DNA from: a virus
Taxonomy: Duplodnaviria; Caudoviricetes
Length of the DNA: 45,904 bases
Virus record (IMG/VR): IMGVR_UViG_3300008255_000187
Span: 1 to 45,904 of that record
Strand: one strand, 5' to 3'
The translations under genes and the position numbers were made by a program. Shown piece by piece: positions 1 to 10,231 of this stretch (position 1 is its first letter; each line of letters opens with the position of its first letter). The notes under the pieces were generated by a model, which was given only the letters and a program-made list of their open reading frames with translations, did no database searches and was not told the origin of the DNA.

Positions 1-501
1 AGCGTAGTTAGTAATTTCTCCATTACCTTTAGGAATTTTATTACCCAAATAAATAGCGTACTCTTCCGGAGTCATAATGTTCCCAGTCTTCGGGTCTCTA
101 TATTTATCATAGTTAACACCCGCCACTTGGTTAAATGATGAAGTACCACCAGGGGCGGCGACTTCTACTCCAGTTTTAGAGGCTGCTCCCAACTCATCAG
201 TATTTAAAATCTTTTGATTTGTGTCTGAATAATAGTAACTACCGCCACTCTTATAAAAGTTACGTTGTGGTGCCTTTGGTGCAGCCGCTTGTTGGACTGG
301 CTTAACTCCGGTGAATATCGGAGCCGGAGTAATAACAGGTGCCCCAGATGGATTAAAAGACCCTCCGCCATTAGGAAGAATTTCCTTTTGCAGTTTAGGG
401 GATATCATCGGGGTTGAGTTGGCAACTCCTTGAGGTTGATAGTTATAGAAATCCGTTAGCAGGCTGGAGCTCGATACCGGAAAGGCTTTGATATTAATCA
501 T
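1..501 (-). CDS. Putative internal virion/DNA-ejection protein, N-terminal part, running off the window edge
   Basis: ATG at 501 (context AATATATG) just after the stop of 506..1579; open frame MINIKAFPVSSSSLL...GEITNYA to position 1; not in the ORF track. Confidence 0.7.
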   Translation of the reverse strand, partial: MINIKAFPVSSSSLLTDFYNYQPQGVANSTPMISPKLQKEILPNGGGSFNPSGAPVITPAPIFTGVKPVQQAAAPKAPQRNFYKSGGSYYYSDTNQKILNTDELGAASKTGVEVAAPGGTSSFNQVAGVNYDKYRDPKTGNIMTPEEYAIYLGNKIPKGNGEITNYA

Positions 502-505
502 ATAT

Positions 506-1579
506 TTAATATTTATTATTATATCCTGTGGCTAAGAGCTTATTGCCTTTATTCCAAAGATAGCCAGCCGCTCTAGTATTGGCGTTAGCTTTTCGTTCGT
601 TGTTTACCGTTCCTTGAAAGTTATAGTTATTAGGATTATAAACAGTGGATAAACCGTTTTGATTGGCACCTCCAGTTGCAACATTAGGATTAAAAGAATT
701 GCTCCCTAATTGGTAATATTTATTTAATCCGGTAGCAGCGTCTCCGCCGTATTTATACTGGAAGTCATTGGCAGTGGTTCCGATGTTCCTGGTAACCGTA
801 CCAAGTTTGGAAGCCTGGTCTTGTTCATAAGCTCGAGCTAAGTTCTTTTCCCTTTGGGCTCTTCCTCCAGAAAATAACACACCAGAGTCAGCAGCGGATT
901 GGTCAGCTTTTGTTTTATCAATTTGAAAAGATTCGGCAGAGTTAATTAAGTAGTCTTGGTAGTCAGCTTGCTTCTGTGCCAGCGATGATTCTGCTGCCTC
1001 TTTATCCTTTGCCTGCATGGCCTCGTAATAAAGCTTGTTGTCCTTCATCCCCTGGTCAAGGGCGGCTTGTTGGTCAGCAACACTGAAAGGTTTGCCCTGC
1101 CAATCTAATAATCCACTAATATTTCCTGTGGATAAACCGTTGATAATCTCATCAAGAGAGGAACCTCCTTGAACAAGTGTAGCAATAGCAGGGTTTTTAG
1201 CAGCCGCATCAGCATATTGTTTATCCACATCAGCTTGAGGATTTGGTTTTGGACTTGCATTAGCCGCTGGTGTTCCCGCTTTTGGAATCCCCATTAGAGT
1301 TTTCCCATCAGCAGATTTGCCTGTCACATTGTAGTCTTTAATAAGAGATGGATGAGGGATAGCAACTGGGGTATTCGACTGAACACCGGCGGGGGCGACG
1401 GCTCCCTGTTTGTTTTTTGCTAACTGGACAGCAGAGTTAGGAATCAGTTTTGGTCTAAGTTCGGCGTCTGATTTATTTGACCAATAATTTAACTCCTCTT
1501 GAGTGGCGTTTCTTCCATAGTATAATTTAAAAAGAGAGTTGACTCCTCCTGCTCCAAGTTTTGTAGTGCTTAATGCCAT
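506..1579 (-). CDS. Putative internal virion (DNA pilot/ejection) protein
   Basis: 357 aa, A/Q/N/G-rich and helical; lies downstream of the tail genes as in podoviruses. Confidence 0.55.
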   Translation of the reverse strand: MALSTTKLGAGGVNSLFKLYYGRNATQEELNYWSNKSDAELRPKLIPNSAVQLAKNKQGAVAPAGVQSNTPVAIPHPSLIKDYNVTGKSADGKTLMGIPKAGTPAANASPKPNPQADVDKQYADAAAKNPAIATLVQGGSSLDEIINGLSTGNISGLLDWQGKPFSVADQQAALDQGMKDNKLYYEAMQAKDKEAAESSLAQKQADYQDYLINSAESFQIDKTKADQSAADSGVLFSGGRAQREKNLARAYEQDQASKLGTVTRNIGTTANDFQYKYGGDAATGLNKYYQLGSNSFNPNVATGGANQNGLSTVYNPNNYNFQGTVNNERKANANTRAAGYLWNKGNKLLATGYNNKY

Positions 1580-1595
1580 ATATTTTAAAAATTAT

Positions 1596-2897
1596 TTAAT
1601 TCGCTTGCCAAAAATCTAAATAATGAATTTCGATAGTTTTAGCCGCATCTTCTTTTGTTCTAGCTTGTACGGTGAAGGCGTACCCAGGGCCAGATGTGCC
1701 TGTCGGTGTCCCATCGCCATCACTTGTAAGCCATAAATACCCATCAACATAATACTGTATAAAGCCGGTAGTGGCATCTAATACTGCCTCCAAAATATAC
1801 GTTCCTCCTGGGCTAAAAGTAAACAGTTCCGTTTCGTATCTGCTAGTCCCATCGCATACAGTTGCATAAATTTGAGCTCCATTAAATAAAAAACCAAAAT
1901 GTTCTTGTGTGGCCGGCGAAGCCCCCGATACCGACCCGGTAACTACATATACTTCTTGCATAGAGTCGTCGGTTATTTGTACCTCACATTTGAACTTTCT
2001 GTTTTTGTCCCAAGTCATTCCACCACCTAAATCTTTTTTAATTTGGGCATCGTTATCTGTCACCACACCGGTAGCAACAATAACCCCGGTAGCCGCCGCC
2101 GTTATAGCCCCAGCCCCATCAATTATTTTAGAATATCCATCAACCGATTCAAAAACAGTAAACCAGTGCCAGTCGTCCCTGGCAAGACTTTTTACTCTTG
2201 CATTACCTTTCATATCAACATTAAATGGTGCGTCGGCGAAATTGGCGTCACCCAGAGAAATACCATCAGCGTCTGCCTTAAAAATATCATCACCGGAACC
2301 AACAGATAAATAGACATCAACAGCTACAGAGCCGGCCTCAAGTCGAGAGGCGTTAATGCTGTTGGCTAAAATATTGTCTCCAACGATTTGGGTTGCCTCT
2401 GACAAGTTGTAGGTAGCGTCAACAGTTCCATTCTGGGCAACTGCAATTAAAACTTTCCCGACCCCCACCGCCGTAGCTGGTGTTGTCGTTGTTTGATATG
2501 CAGTCTTGGAATCGTTTAATGATAAATAGATATAAGTTTTAGCGGCCATATTGCCGGTGTTTCCAGCACTAATAGAGTACGATACCCCGTTAGCAGAAGT
2601 AAATGTCCCCGCCCCCCAGGAGACAGTATCTAAGTCTGTAGAGGAAAAAACACAAGTCTGGCCCCACCCCCAATTAGAAACATCAAGAGTTTCCGGGGGG
2701 ATTGACCCTGGCTCCAATTGAGCTCCGTTTATTTGGACATTACTAATGTTTATATCTTGAGCGGCCCCTCCAGAAGGAATCGGAGAAGGAGTAGCGGGAG
2801 AAGAATCGGCAGAAACAAAAACAGAGTCCTTGGTTTCCAAGTTTTGGGTGTTGTCCTTATATAGGAATCTGTTTAAGAATAATTCTGTTAATTTCAT
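1596..2897 (-). CDS. Putative tail/receptor-binding structural protein
   Basis: 433 aa, beta-rich S/T/G composition with a lectin-like C-terminal half; follows the tail hub gene. Confidence 0.5.
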   Translation of the reverse strand: MKLTELFLNRFLYKDNTQNLETKDSVFVSADSSPATPSPIPSGGAAQDINISNVQINGAQLEPGSIPPETLDVSNWGWGQTCVFSSTDLDTVSWGAGTFTSANGVSYSISAGNTGNMAAKTYIYLSLNDSKTAYQTTTTPATAVGVGKVLIAVAQNGTVDATYNLSEATQIVGDNILANSINASRLEAGSVAVDVYLSVGSGDDIFKADADGISLGDANFADAPFNVDMKGNARVKSLARDDWHWFTVFESVDGYSKIIDGAGAITAAATGVIVATGVVTDNDAQIKKDLGGGMTWDKNRKFKCEVQITDDSMQEVYVVTGSVSGASPATQEHFGFLFNGAQIYATVCDGTSRYETELFTFSPGGTYILEAVLDATTGFIQYYVDGYLWLTSDGDGTPTGTSGPGYAFTVQARTKEDAAKTIEIHYLDFWQAN

Positions 2898-2900
2898 ATA

Positions 2901-4355
2901 TTAATTTTCTTCAAAACCTTTTTGTTGAATAGAAAGTATTTCTGTCCCGTGATAAATGATTGGAGTCCCCTTAGTATAACCTCTAAGTCTTAATCGGACG
3001 TTATTGAAATCATCGGTCGAAGCATTCGGGAATAGTTCGGCATATTTGCTTTTTACCATATCAATGTCAGTCCAAACATTAACTGGTGATTTTTCTGTTT
3101 GATATTGCAATTCCATGCCAGCTCCGTTTTCAGTCATAACCATCATGCCACTAATGTTTTTTGTAACTGAATACATATCGGTGAAAGAACGCCACCTATC
3201 AATCATTTCATAATAGATGCTTGTCCCGAAATCAGTATATCCGGAATCAAGTTTGCCAATAAGGCCAGTTGAAGTTCCGGCAATCTGCTCAATAGTTGTT
3301 CCATTATCGTAGCGTACAAGAGCGGTGATGGCAGTAGCTCCAAAATCATAGATAGTCCAGACTTGAGTCGAGATAGAATATCTCATCTGACAATTAGCAT
3401 AAGCAACTCCTTCGACAGTGACGGCACCGATAGACCATTTTACAGCATCATAGCCATCATAAATACCAACTACGTTTTCATAGGAAGCACGAGGGATAGC
3501 CTTAACAAAATCAATCACTCTTCGAGATATTTCAGTTGGTTGACCGTCATAAGTAAATTTATAGAAACCAGAAGAATGATGGAAATAAACACCGTCCTTC
3601 GCTTGGACAATAGATTCCTGGGAGAAAGTCCCGACATTGTAAGCTGGGTATGGGTCAACATTAGTCGTGCTATAAACACGATAAATATGGTTTTGTTTAA
3701 AAAGTAATAAGGCTTTCGGCACTCGGAATAACCCAGTGATAGACTCCCCGTCTTGAGGAGAGAATTTAGTTATAAAGTTAGTAGCGATATTAAAAGTTAA
3801 CGGTGAGACGTAAGTTGTCCCGTCAACCGATTGAACAATATCTGTATAGTAAAGAATATCTTTAGCAGCATCAGCCACCCAGACACGACCGTCATATCCA
3901 GCTTCAATGAAATCAGCTTTAGGAAATGTTGCTGGGACATCAGTTGTGTCGAAAGCTCCACCATTAGAAGTCTTTGGGGCATCCCCCCCATTGCCATTGA
4001 CCATCCACAATCTATTTAAAAATTGACTATATCTTGCCTTAGTAGTGACGGTTGCTGTTCTAACTGAAGACCAGGCCGAACCATTCCAGGCAGAAATGTC
4101 AGTTCCAACTTGAGCGAAGAGCCTTTTATTTCCTCCTAAAATATTCAAAGTTCCAAGAGATTTTACGCTCCCGGTGACAGTAGTAGCAAAAGTAGCGACC
4201 CCGTCCCTAGTTGTCATTGCTCCGACACGGTCAAAGTTCATGTTGACAGCCAACTGAACTGAATTTTCTGGGGTAATAGTGTCGTTAAGCTGGGCAGAAC
4301 GGATAACTCCCTCTGTCGGATATGGTACCTTAATATTTTTTAGTGTCTGTCCCAT
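2901..4355 (-). CDS. Tail hub / packaged-DNA stabilisation protein (P22 gp10 / T7 gp12-like)
   Basis: 484 aa with beta-propeller-like motifs (GRVWVA, LLLFKQNHIYRV, VYFHHSSGFYKF); synteny after the adaptor gene. Confidence 0.65.
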   Translation of the reverse strand: MGQTLKNIKVPYPTEGVIRSAQLNDTITPENSVQLAVNMNFDRVGAMTTRDGVATFATTVTGSVKSLGTLNILGGNKRLFAQVGTDISAWNGSAWSSVRTATVTTKARYSQFLNRLWMVNGNGGDAPKTSNGGAFDTTDVPATFPKADFIEAGYDGRVWVADAAKDILYYTDIVQSVDGTTYVSPLTFNIATNFITKFSPQDGESITGLFRVPKALLLFKQNHIYRVYSTTNVDPYPAYNVGTFSQESIVQAKDGVYFHHSSGFYKFTYDGQPTEISRRVIDFVKAIPRASYENVVGIYDGYDAVKWSIGAVTVEGVAYANCQMRYSISTQVWTIYDFGATAITALVRYDNGTTIEQIAGTSTGLIGKLDSGYTDFGTSIYYEMIDRWRSFTDMYSVTKNISGMMVMTENGAGMELQYQTEKSPVNVWTDIDMVKSKYAELFPNASTDDFNNVRLRLRGYTKGTPIIYHGTEILSIQQKGFEEN

Positions 4356-4370
4356 ATATTATTGTTAATT

Positions 4371-4417
4371 TTTTTATCCCCCTACTCATCCGCAAAAATA
4401 AGTAGGGAAGAAAAAAA
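4371..4417 (-). terminator. Long intergenic stem-loop (terminator or processing site)
   Basis: Minus strand TCTTCCCTACTTAT...ATGAGTAGGGGGA flanked by T and A runs, directly after the 4418..5125 stop. Confidence 0.5.
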
Positions 4418-5125
4418 CTAAACGGTGATGCTTGTGACCAAGCCATCAACGACAGTAATTGTCTGAACAGGGCCGGTAGGGCCGGCGTTGAATCCGTTAC
4501 CAGGACCAGTGTAACCAGTAGCTCCGATTGGACCAGTGTAACCAGTATAACCAGTAGCACCGGTTGCTCCAGCGGCACCAGCAGGACCAGTAGGACCAGT
4601 AACAGCTGAAGCTGCCCCAGTATAACCAGTAGCACCGGTCGCACCAGCAGGACCAGTATAACCAGTAGCACCGGTGTCAGTTGCAGAACCAGCAGGGCCA
4701 GTGTAACCAGTAGGGCCGGTTGGGCCAGCAGGGCCAGTGGCACCAGTAGCAGTCGCTGCTCCAGAAGGACCAGTGTAACCAGTAGGGCCAGTAGCTCCGA
4801 TTGGACCGGTGTAGCCAGTAGCACCAGTTACTCCAGGGCCAGTATAACCAGTATAACCAGTGTAACCAGTTGCACCAGCAGCACCAGAACCAATAGTAGA
4901 CCAAGAGGGACTAGCTACGGTACCAGTCATTTGATAGACAGCTGAACCATCTATGTCTTGAAGTAAACACTCAAGAGAAAAGATGTTAGCGTAGGTTGCT
5001 CCAGCATAAGCACTAGGATTACCCTCAATGGTACCAAAAGTGATTAACTGATAAGCACTTGTGTTGCTTGGTTGCTCCTGTTGTTGAATATCAACTAACG
5101 GAACAAGTGGATTTGATTTAGCCAT
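4418..5125 (-). CDS. Collagen-like virion protein (Gly-Xaa-Thr repeats)
   Basis: Long GYT/GAT/GPT/GPA triplet repeat in the C-terminal two-thirds. Confidence 0.8.
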   Translation of the reverse strand: MAKSNPLVPLVDIQQQEQPSNTSAYQLITFGTIEGNPSAYAGATYANIFSLECLLQDIDGSAVYQMTGTVASPSWSTIGSGAAGATGYTGYTGYTGPGVTGATGYTGPIGATGPTGYTGPSGAATATGATGPAGPTGPTGYTGPAGSATDTGATGYTGPAGATGATGYTGAASAVTGPTGPAGAAGATGATGYTGYTGPIGATGYTGPGNGFNAGPTGPVQTITVVDGLVTSITV

Positions 5126-5136
5126 AAAATTAATAA

Positions 5137-6531
5137 TTAGCTTGTAATAATAGTAGTATCTTGACCGGTGTAAAGATTATTGAAAAGGGCTTGCACCAGC
5201 TCTTCAAACTTCTTCAAGTCCGGGTCACTACTAGGAAGCAAGATATCTTTACGATACTTGATTGCCCAGCGTAGATACCATTTATAAATCTCTCGATAAT
5301 GCTCTGGGAGCACTTGAGAGAGGTCTGTAACAGCGGTCATTTTCTGGTAGTAATCAATGTAGACGTTGTTGCCTTGCATTGAATCTGGGATGATTCTGTC
5401 GAAAACCAATTTGTCCGAATAAACCGTATAATAGATAGGCTGTGAAATTGTAGGTCTCGACCAGACCCGTGTTCCGACTGGGATATCTCTAGTGATACCA
5501 GTTACTCCCAGTAACTGATTCGTTGTTAAGTCAATTGAGGTGTAAGCGATTTGCATGATTGTTTGGGTGTATGCAGTTGTTTCAACATAAGCTACGCCAG
5601 AAGAGGAATCGGGAAAGTCGCCAACACTATTTAAGGTAATTGAAGCGGCACCAATTAAGGCTGCCGTAGTAGTCGTTCCTCCCATTACAGAAAAAGCAAT
5701 TTGGTTCCAGCTTCTTTTATCAATATATTTTAAATTGAATGGGGTCAGTACATTCCCAATCATAAATCTCGCAGCGAGAACAGAACGGTCAGTCTCGCTA
5801 TAATCAATGTCAGTTGGAAGAGGAATATAATTAGAGCCAGCTAAAACTTTAATTGGGTGTTCGAATACCTGTTGCCAGGCGTGACGAATCCCATAAAGTT
5901 TAGCTTCGGTATATTTTCTGGCATCGTCAATCGCCGCTAAACAAAATTCAACTGTTATCTTGGGGTCGTTTTCAGCCACCCCCATAGCTTTAAGAACCGG
6001 GAAAATTACCGTCGCAACAGAGTCGGTTGGGTATGAAGCAACAGATATTGGCTCGGAGAAAGATGATAAAGTTCCTGTCACTGAATTCTTCCATTGGACT
6101 TTATAATAATCAGTCGTTAAACCAGTTGGGTCATAGATAACCGTATTCTGTTGGGTGACAAAAAATGTTTGAGTAGCCAGAGTGGTATAAACGCCGTCAA
6201 TTGTTGCTGATTTAGCAACAAGGATTTGGTCGTACTTGATTTCCCCGACTATATCTCCACGATTATGAGCCATTAAAGTCGCTACGGTAACAAAAGATAG
6301 AGTCGTATGAGAGGCCGATGTCACGATTTCAGCGTTCTCCGACCCGACAGAGGACAATAATAACAGAATAGCCCCTGCGGTAAAGTCAGTAGTGTTCTCC
6401 GACGGCACGGCAGTAACCCCCGCAGCAATATTACTGCTCATATAGGTGTTAGTCTTCATGTCTATCTCATTTGGCACGGAGATAGTGTTGCCTATATTGT
6501 GTTTAATTGTTATTTGAGGAAATTCGTTCAT
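5137..6531 (-). CDS. Putative head-tail adaptor with extra beta domains
   Basis: 464 aa; adaptor-like C-terminus ([18 protein letters not shown]...[13 protein letters not shown]); upstream of the tail hub gene. Confidence 0.5.
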   Translation of the reverse strand: MNEFPQITIKHNIGNTISVPNEIDMKTNTYMSSNIAAGVTAVPSENTTDFTAGAILLLLSSVGSENAEIVTSASHTTLSFVTVATLMAHNRGDIVGEIKYDQILVAKSATIDGVYTTLATQTFFVTQQNTVIYDPTGLTTDYYKVQWKNSVTGTLSSFSEPISVASYPTDSVATVIFPVLKAMGVAENDPKITVEFCLAAIDDARKYTEAKLYGIRHAWQQVFEHPIKVLAGSNYIPLPTDIDYSETDRSVLAARFMIGNVLTPFNLKYIDKRSWNQIAFSVMGGTTTTAALIGAASITLNSVGDFPDSSSGVAYVETTAYTQTIMQIAYTSIDLTTNQLLGVTGITRDIPVGTRVWSRPTISQPIYYTVYSDKLVFDRIIPDSMQGNNVYIDYYQKMTAVTDLSQVLPEHYREIYKWYLRWAIKYRKDILLPSSDPDLKKFEELVQALFNNLYTGQDTTIITS

Positions 6532-6554
6532 ATTTTTTTTATTATGTTATCTAA

Positions 6555-6583
6555 ATTATAACATTTTTTCAGCTTTAAATCAA
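6555..6583 (-). promoter_or_regulatory. Sigma70-type promoter for the adaptor/tail genes
   Basis: Minus strand TTGATT-17 nt-TATAAT with extended TG. Confidence 0.6.
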
Positions 6584-8311
6584 TTCAGATAATTTTTTTT
6601 TCAGTAGTTCTCGGTCATCATCAACGTGAGACCACCCTAGGGTATAAGTTTTATCCATCTCTGCTCCTTTTGTGAAGTGGTAATGGTTAACAATAGCCTT
6701 ATCAGCCCTAACAAAGATGCCCATCTTCTTCATTTTTGCCATTAGAAGATTATCAACTCCGCAATGATAGAAGTCTGTGTCAAAAACCTCACCGATTTTC
6801 TCAATAATATCTTTTCGAATCATGAAATGTTCATTGGCGTTACCTTCATCAAACGAGAGCTCCCCGGTATTGAAAGCCACGTAACCCTTCTCTCCAACGG
6901 CTAACGCTTCGTTAATAGACTCTGGGGTAAACTCTGTATCGTTGGATGCAAAGACAATCCAATCACCAGTTGACTCCTCAACCCCTTGTTTGACAAGTTT
7001 AGGAACTCCTGTCCTATTTTCATAGCTATCTTGCTTAATTATCACTTCTATGTTGCTTTTCGGATAATTAAGAGCCTCTATAGAGTCCGTACAGCGTTTT
7101 AATCCGTCTTCACGACCCAAAGTAGGTATAACGAAAGTAATTTTTGGCCTGACCGTCTCTTTGTAGAACTGACCGTCTGAAATGTATTTTTGATTAGTCG
7201 GACAAAAAGCTAGGGCCTTCTCCCAGTGTTCCTTGCTCTTATCTTTTTTGCCAACCCACCAATAACTTGTATAAAGAAATTCGTGTGGAATATTTTCGTA
7301 ATAAGGAACGTGGTTAGAATAAAATGGGAGCTGGGTCACCGAGAGAGCTGCCTCACAGTAAGCGATTGTTTGCTGGTGCATTCCTCTTCCATAATAATAT
7401 TCAGCAATTCTCATCAGCGGTTCTCTGCGAGCCTCTTTTTCGAAAGACTTTGTCCACCAAATAAGCATATTGTCGACATCTCCCATCGCCCTATAACAGT
7501 CGCCAATATAAAGCATAGATTGGGCGGCCTCTGTACCCCATTTTCCCATAGCTATATGATTTTTAAATTCCTTTATGGCTGATTTATATCTTCCACAATA
7601 AAGCATTTCCCTAGCAAAATAATGTGAGTTTCGGTCATTATCCGGATTATTGAAACAGTCGACAGCCAGCCCTTTAAGATATCCAGAACGGTTTGTTTTC
7701 TCATTTTGAAAATGTTCGAGCTTAATAATATCCTCATCCAGGTAAATAAGTTTTGATGGACCTTGGAGAACCTCGTGAATTATCCCGACCCACTTTACTT
7801 TACTTCTATTATAAAATTTGCTCTGTCTAAATTTAATAACCGGATTGCCAAACGGGTCATGGTTGAACACAAAGTTATATTCAAATTGCTCATACCCGTC
7901 GTCGATGAATTGGTTTATCTTATCAATATCTAATTTTGTAAAAACTTCATCGCAGTCCATTGTAGAAATCATGTCGTTCTCTGCAAAACTAACACTGTAG
8001 TTTCTCGCACTGGCAAAATCAAAAAGAGAATCCCCAGCGTTAACCACCGGAGCTTCTCCTTCTACTACAAATTTATTGTTTATTTTTTCAGCCAAATCTT
8101 GGTCTATCTGTATTCTGAATTTATCTCCAACAGCTTGGACCTTGCACCCCAAACTCTTTGCTATTTCAACAGTGTTGTCTGTTGACCCCGTGTCTAACAG
8201 GCACACCTCGCCGCCTCTTTCTTGAAAGTCTTTTAAGGAACTCATCATTTTTGGCACGTGGTTCTCTTCGTTCCTCGCTATTAAGACCACGCTAAATTTT
8301 GGCTTGTTCAT
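6575..8311 (-). CDS. Glycosyltransferase family 2 with TPR region and a second GT-A-like domain
   Basis: FSVVLIARNEE, LLDTGSTDNT, FDFASARN, DCDE (DxD), WVGIIHEVL; TPR-like helices; C-terminal ITFVIPTLGR...VFASND. Confidence 0.9.
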   Translation of the reverse strand: MNKPKFSVVLIARNEENHVPKMMSSLKDFQERGGEVCLLDTGSTDNTVEIAKSLGCKVQAVGDKFRIQIDQDLAEKINNKFVVEGEAPVVNAGDSLFDFASARNYSVSFAENDMISTMDCDEVFTKLDIDKINQFIDDGYEQFEYNFVFNHDPFGNPVIKFRQSKFYNRSKVKWVGIIHEVLQGPSKLIYLDEDIIKLEHFQNEKTNRSGYLKGLAVDCFNNPDNDRNSHYFAREMLYCGRYKSAIKEFKNHIAMGKWGTEAAQSMLYIGDCYRAMGDVDNMLIWWTKSFEKEARREPLMRIAEYYYGRGMHQQTIAYCEAALSVTQLPFYSNHVPYYENIPHEFLYTSYWWVGKKDKSKEHWEKALAFCPTNQKYISDGQFYKETVRPKITFVIPTLGREDGLKRCTDSIEALNYPKSNIEVIIKQDSYENRTGVPKLVKQGVEESTGDWIVFASNDTEFTPESINEALAVGEKGYVAFNTGELSFDEGNANEHFMIRKDIIEKIGEVFDTDFYHCGVDNLLMAKMKKMGIFVRADKAIVNHYHFTKGAEMDKTYTLGWSHVDDDRELLKKKLSELI

Positions 8312-8340
8312 TTTTTTGCGGATTAATTATTAAAATATTA

Positions 8341-8484
8341 TTACATAAAACTATAAGTTTGAGGCTTTTCTGGGGTGGGTTCTGCTGGAGGAGGGATTAC
8401 TGGAGCCTCAACGACAGCAAGTTCTTCGATGATTTCTTCTGCCTCTTCCTTGTCAAACCACTTTTTAATAGTATCGAATATCAT
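8341..8484 (-). CDS. Small acidic/proline-rich hypothetical protein (47 aa)
   Basis: MIFDTIKKWFDKEEAEEIIEELAVVEAPVIPPPAEPTPEKPQTYSFM; fills the operon gap with the typical ATATATG start. Confidence 0.6.
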   Translation of the reverse strand: MIFDTIKKWFDKEEAEEIIEELAVVEAPVIPPPAEPTPEKPQTYSFM

Positions 8485-8488
8485 ATAT

Positions 8489-8731
8489 TTAATCTTCATC
8501 TTCATCTTCACCTTCTTCATCTTCTTGCTCGGTGCCCTCTCCTGTTTCCTCTAGGAGTTCTTTCTCCTGTTTAGCAGCTTCAGCTTCTTGAGCTTTTTTA
8601 TCACCGCTTCTTAAAACCTTAATAAGAGTTTTATGCTCGGAAATAAAATCCTCCCGAGACATTGTTATGCTTGAAGACTTAACTTCATTCTTTTTTTCGT
8701 CTTCCACTTTTCTAAAAATTTCTTTCAACAT
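8489..8731 (-). CDS. Hypothetical protein with acidic tail
   Basis: 80 aa ORF tightly packed in the operon. Confidence 0.7.
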   Translation of the reverse strand: MLKEIFRKVEDEKKNEVKSSSITMSREDFISEHKTLIKVLRSGDKKAQEAEAAKQEKELLEETGEGTEQEDEEGEDEDED

Positions 8732-8735
8732 ATAA

Positions 8736-9719
8736 TTAAAAATTTATTAAATATCCCGCTGCCTCAATCTGTTTCCATTCCGAGTCGGTGATTGTTACGG
8801 TAACTTCTTTGCCAATAAGACCACGAGCGTCACGGTCTATCATATAAAGCCCGGCTCTTTCAGCCTTAATCTCCATCAGCTTTCCCCCGTAAACAACACC
8901 ATAGTTACCATGGAGAGAGTTTCTGACCTGGTGTTTATCGTTTTCTCTAATGAATTTTGCGACATCCATATTATTATTACTATTAATTGTTATAAAATAA
9001 GCCATTAAAGATTGAGTGTAGTCTGGATGGTATCTTTTATATTCTTGCCAATAAGTGTCTTCTATTTCATTATACACCACTGTCGCATAAACGCCAGTGA
9101 CAGCGTGGTTCAGTCCACCCCCTGGAGAAAGAATGTCACTTGGATTTTCATAGTTAGCAAATCGAACAATTGCCTGGATTGGAGAATAGATTAAATTATC
9201 AAATGAATTGACCCATTCATAGTTAATAGCAATTCTTTTAAGACATTCCCGGCCTTTAGCATACATCGCTTCAGTGATAAACTTTGGGTCAATATTATCT
9301 TGAAAATTATCAGCTAACCAGAACATCGATTGAGGAATCAACCCATAGTTTTTAATAGCATTAGCCACCATGAACTGATAAGCACCACTAGATGTTGTCC
9401 CCCCGAGAGTGCCCGTAAATCTTTCTGAAAAATTATAAAGCCCGTCTTTTTTATATTCAGCAAAAAACTTTAAGTCGTCCTGGCTTAAAACTCCTTTTGA
9501 TTCTAAATAGGTAAGTAATTTAGCTATGGTCTTCAAGGCAGAATAAGTAACACAGAATTGAGTGTCATAAGTTCCTTGCCATTGGATTTCGTGCTCGACA
9601 GAAAATGGCTTCCAGTTTTTATCTGGAACCAAAATATCGTGGACAATAGCAGAATTTCCTCCGGCTTGCCAGTCGAACTTGCCCCGTCCTAATAATACTC
9701 CAGATTTTATTTCCTCCAT
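8736..9719 (-). CDS. Papain-like (C1-type) cysteine peptidase, candidate lysin
   Basis: EIQ...FCVTYSA (Gln/Cys), NFSERF, NHAVT (His), EDTY; adjacent to small membrane proteins. Confidence 0.7.
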   Translation of the reverse strand: MEEIKSGVLLGRGKFDWQAGGNSAIVHDILVPDKNWKPFSVEHEIQWQGTYDTQFCVTYSALKTIAKLLTYLESKGVLSQDDLKFFAEYKKDGLYNFSERFTGTLGGTTSSGAYQFMVANAIKNYGLIPQSMFWLADNFQDNIDPKFITEAMYAKGRECLKRIAINYEWVNSFDNLIYSPIQAIVRFANYENPSDILSPGGGLNHAVTGVYATVVYNEIEDTYWQEYKRYHPDYTQSLMAYFITINSNNNMDVAKFIRENDKHQVRNSLHGNYGVVYGGKLMEIKAERAGLYMIDRDARGLIGKEVTVTITDSEWKQIEAAGYLINF

Positions 9720-9844
9720 GAATTTGGAATTAGTAAACTAAAAATAAACACAACAACAGCCCCAACTAAAGATATTAATAAATCAAAGTTATTATGTATC
9801 AATAGAAAAAAAGTAATAATCCCTAGTGGGAAAGCTATGCACAT
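9707..9844 (-). CDS. Small two-TM membrane protein (45 aa), holin-like
   Basis: MCIAFPLGIITFFLLIHNNFDLLISLVGAVVVFIFSLLIPNSWRK; overlaps the start of the peptidase. Confidence 0.5.
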   Translation of the reverse strand: MCIAFPLGIITFFLLIHNNFDLLISLVGAVVVFIFSLLIPNSWRK

Positions 9845-9845
9845 A

Positions 9846-9983
9846 TTATTCTGGCTGTTTAAAAACTTTACGGTCCCTATATTCAGCAGCTTTTCCTGGA
9901 TTGTAATTCTTTACCGGCGTCAGCCACCCTACGACCCTACTATAGACGATACATTCTTGACGTTCTAATTTTGTTGGGGCCAT
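9846..9983 (-). CDS. Stand-alone class III RNR (NrdD) C-terminal glycyl-radical-domain peptide (45 aa)
   Basis: MAPTKLERQECIVYSRVVGWLTPVKNYNPGKAAEYRDRKVFKQPE matches the NrdD C-terminal pattern CxVYSRVVG(Y)LxPVxxWNxGKxxExxDRK. Confidence 0.8.
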   Translation of the reverse strand: MAPTKLERQECIVYSRVVGWLTPVKNYNPGKAAEYRDRKVFKQPE

Positions 9984-10030
9984 ATAATAAAAGTTAATAA
10001 ATAAAGTTGGTCGTTATAGTGCGACCAGAC

Positions 10031-10231
10031 TTATCGCCTGCCCTTCGCACGGCAGACTCTTAACAATAGTTCAGCGACTTCCTCGAGTGATAAATTTTTA
10101 AATAAGAAGTGCCAAGCCGCTTCTCTTTCACTATCCAACAATAATAAGTTGGAAGGTGTTGACGGTCCGTGATTAACACGATTGGTAATATGGTGCTTCA
10201 CCATTTTACCGGTTCTCTTCCATCGTTTCAT
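10031..10231 (-). CDS. Minimal HNH-like protein
   Basis: KHHITNRVNHG...SNL...AWHFLF beta-beta-alpha-metal-like motif; one expected His appears replaced. Confidence 0.55.
   Translation of the reverse strand: MKRWKRTGKMVKHHITNRVNHGPSTPSNLLLLDSEREAAWHFLFKNLSLEEVAELLLRVCRAKGRR

Noticed and set aside
1596-2897. Diversity-generating retroelement target in the tail gene
   Set aside because: No reverse transcriptase and no template/variable repeat pair seen
4330-4904. ORF-track 4330..4824 (Leu/Val-rich) and 4677..4904 (Trp/Tyr-rich)
   Set aside because: Alternative-frame shadows of the collagen GGN-NNN-ACN repeat; their periodic composition follows from the real gene
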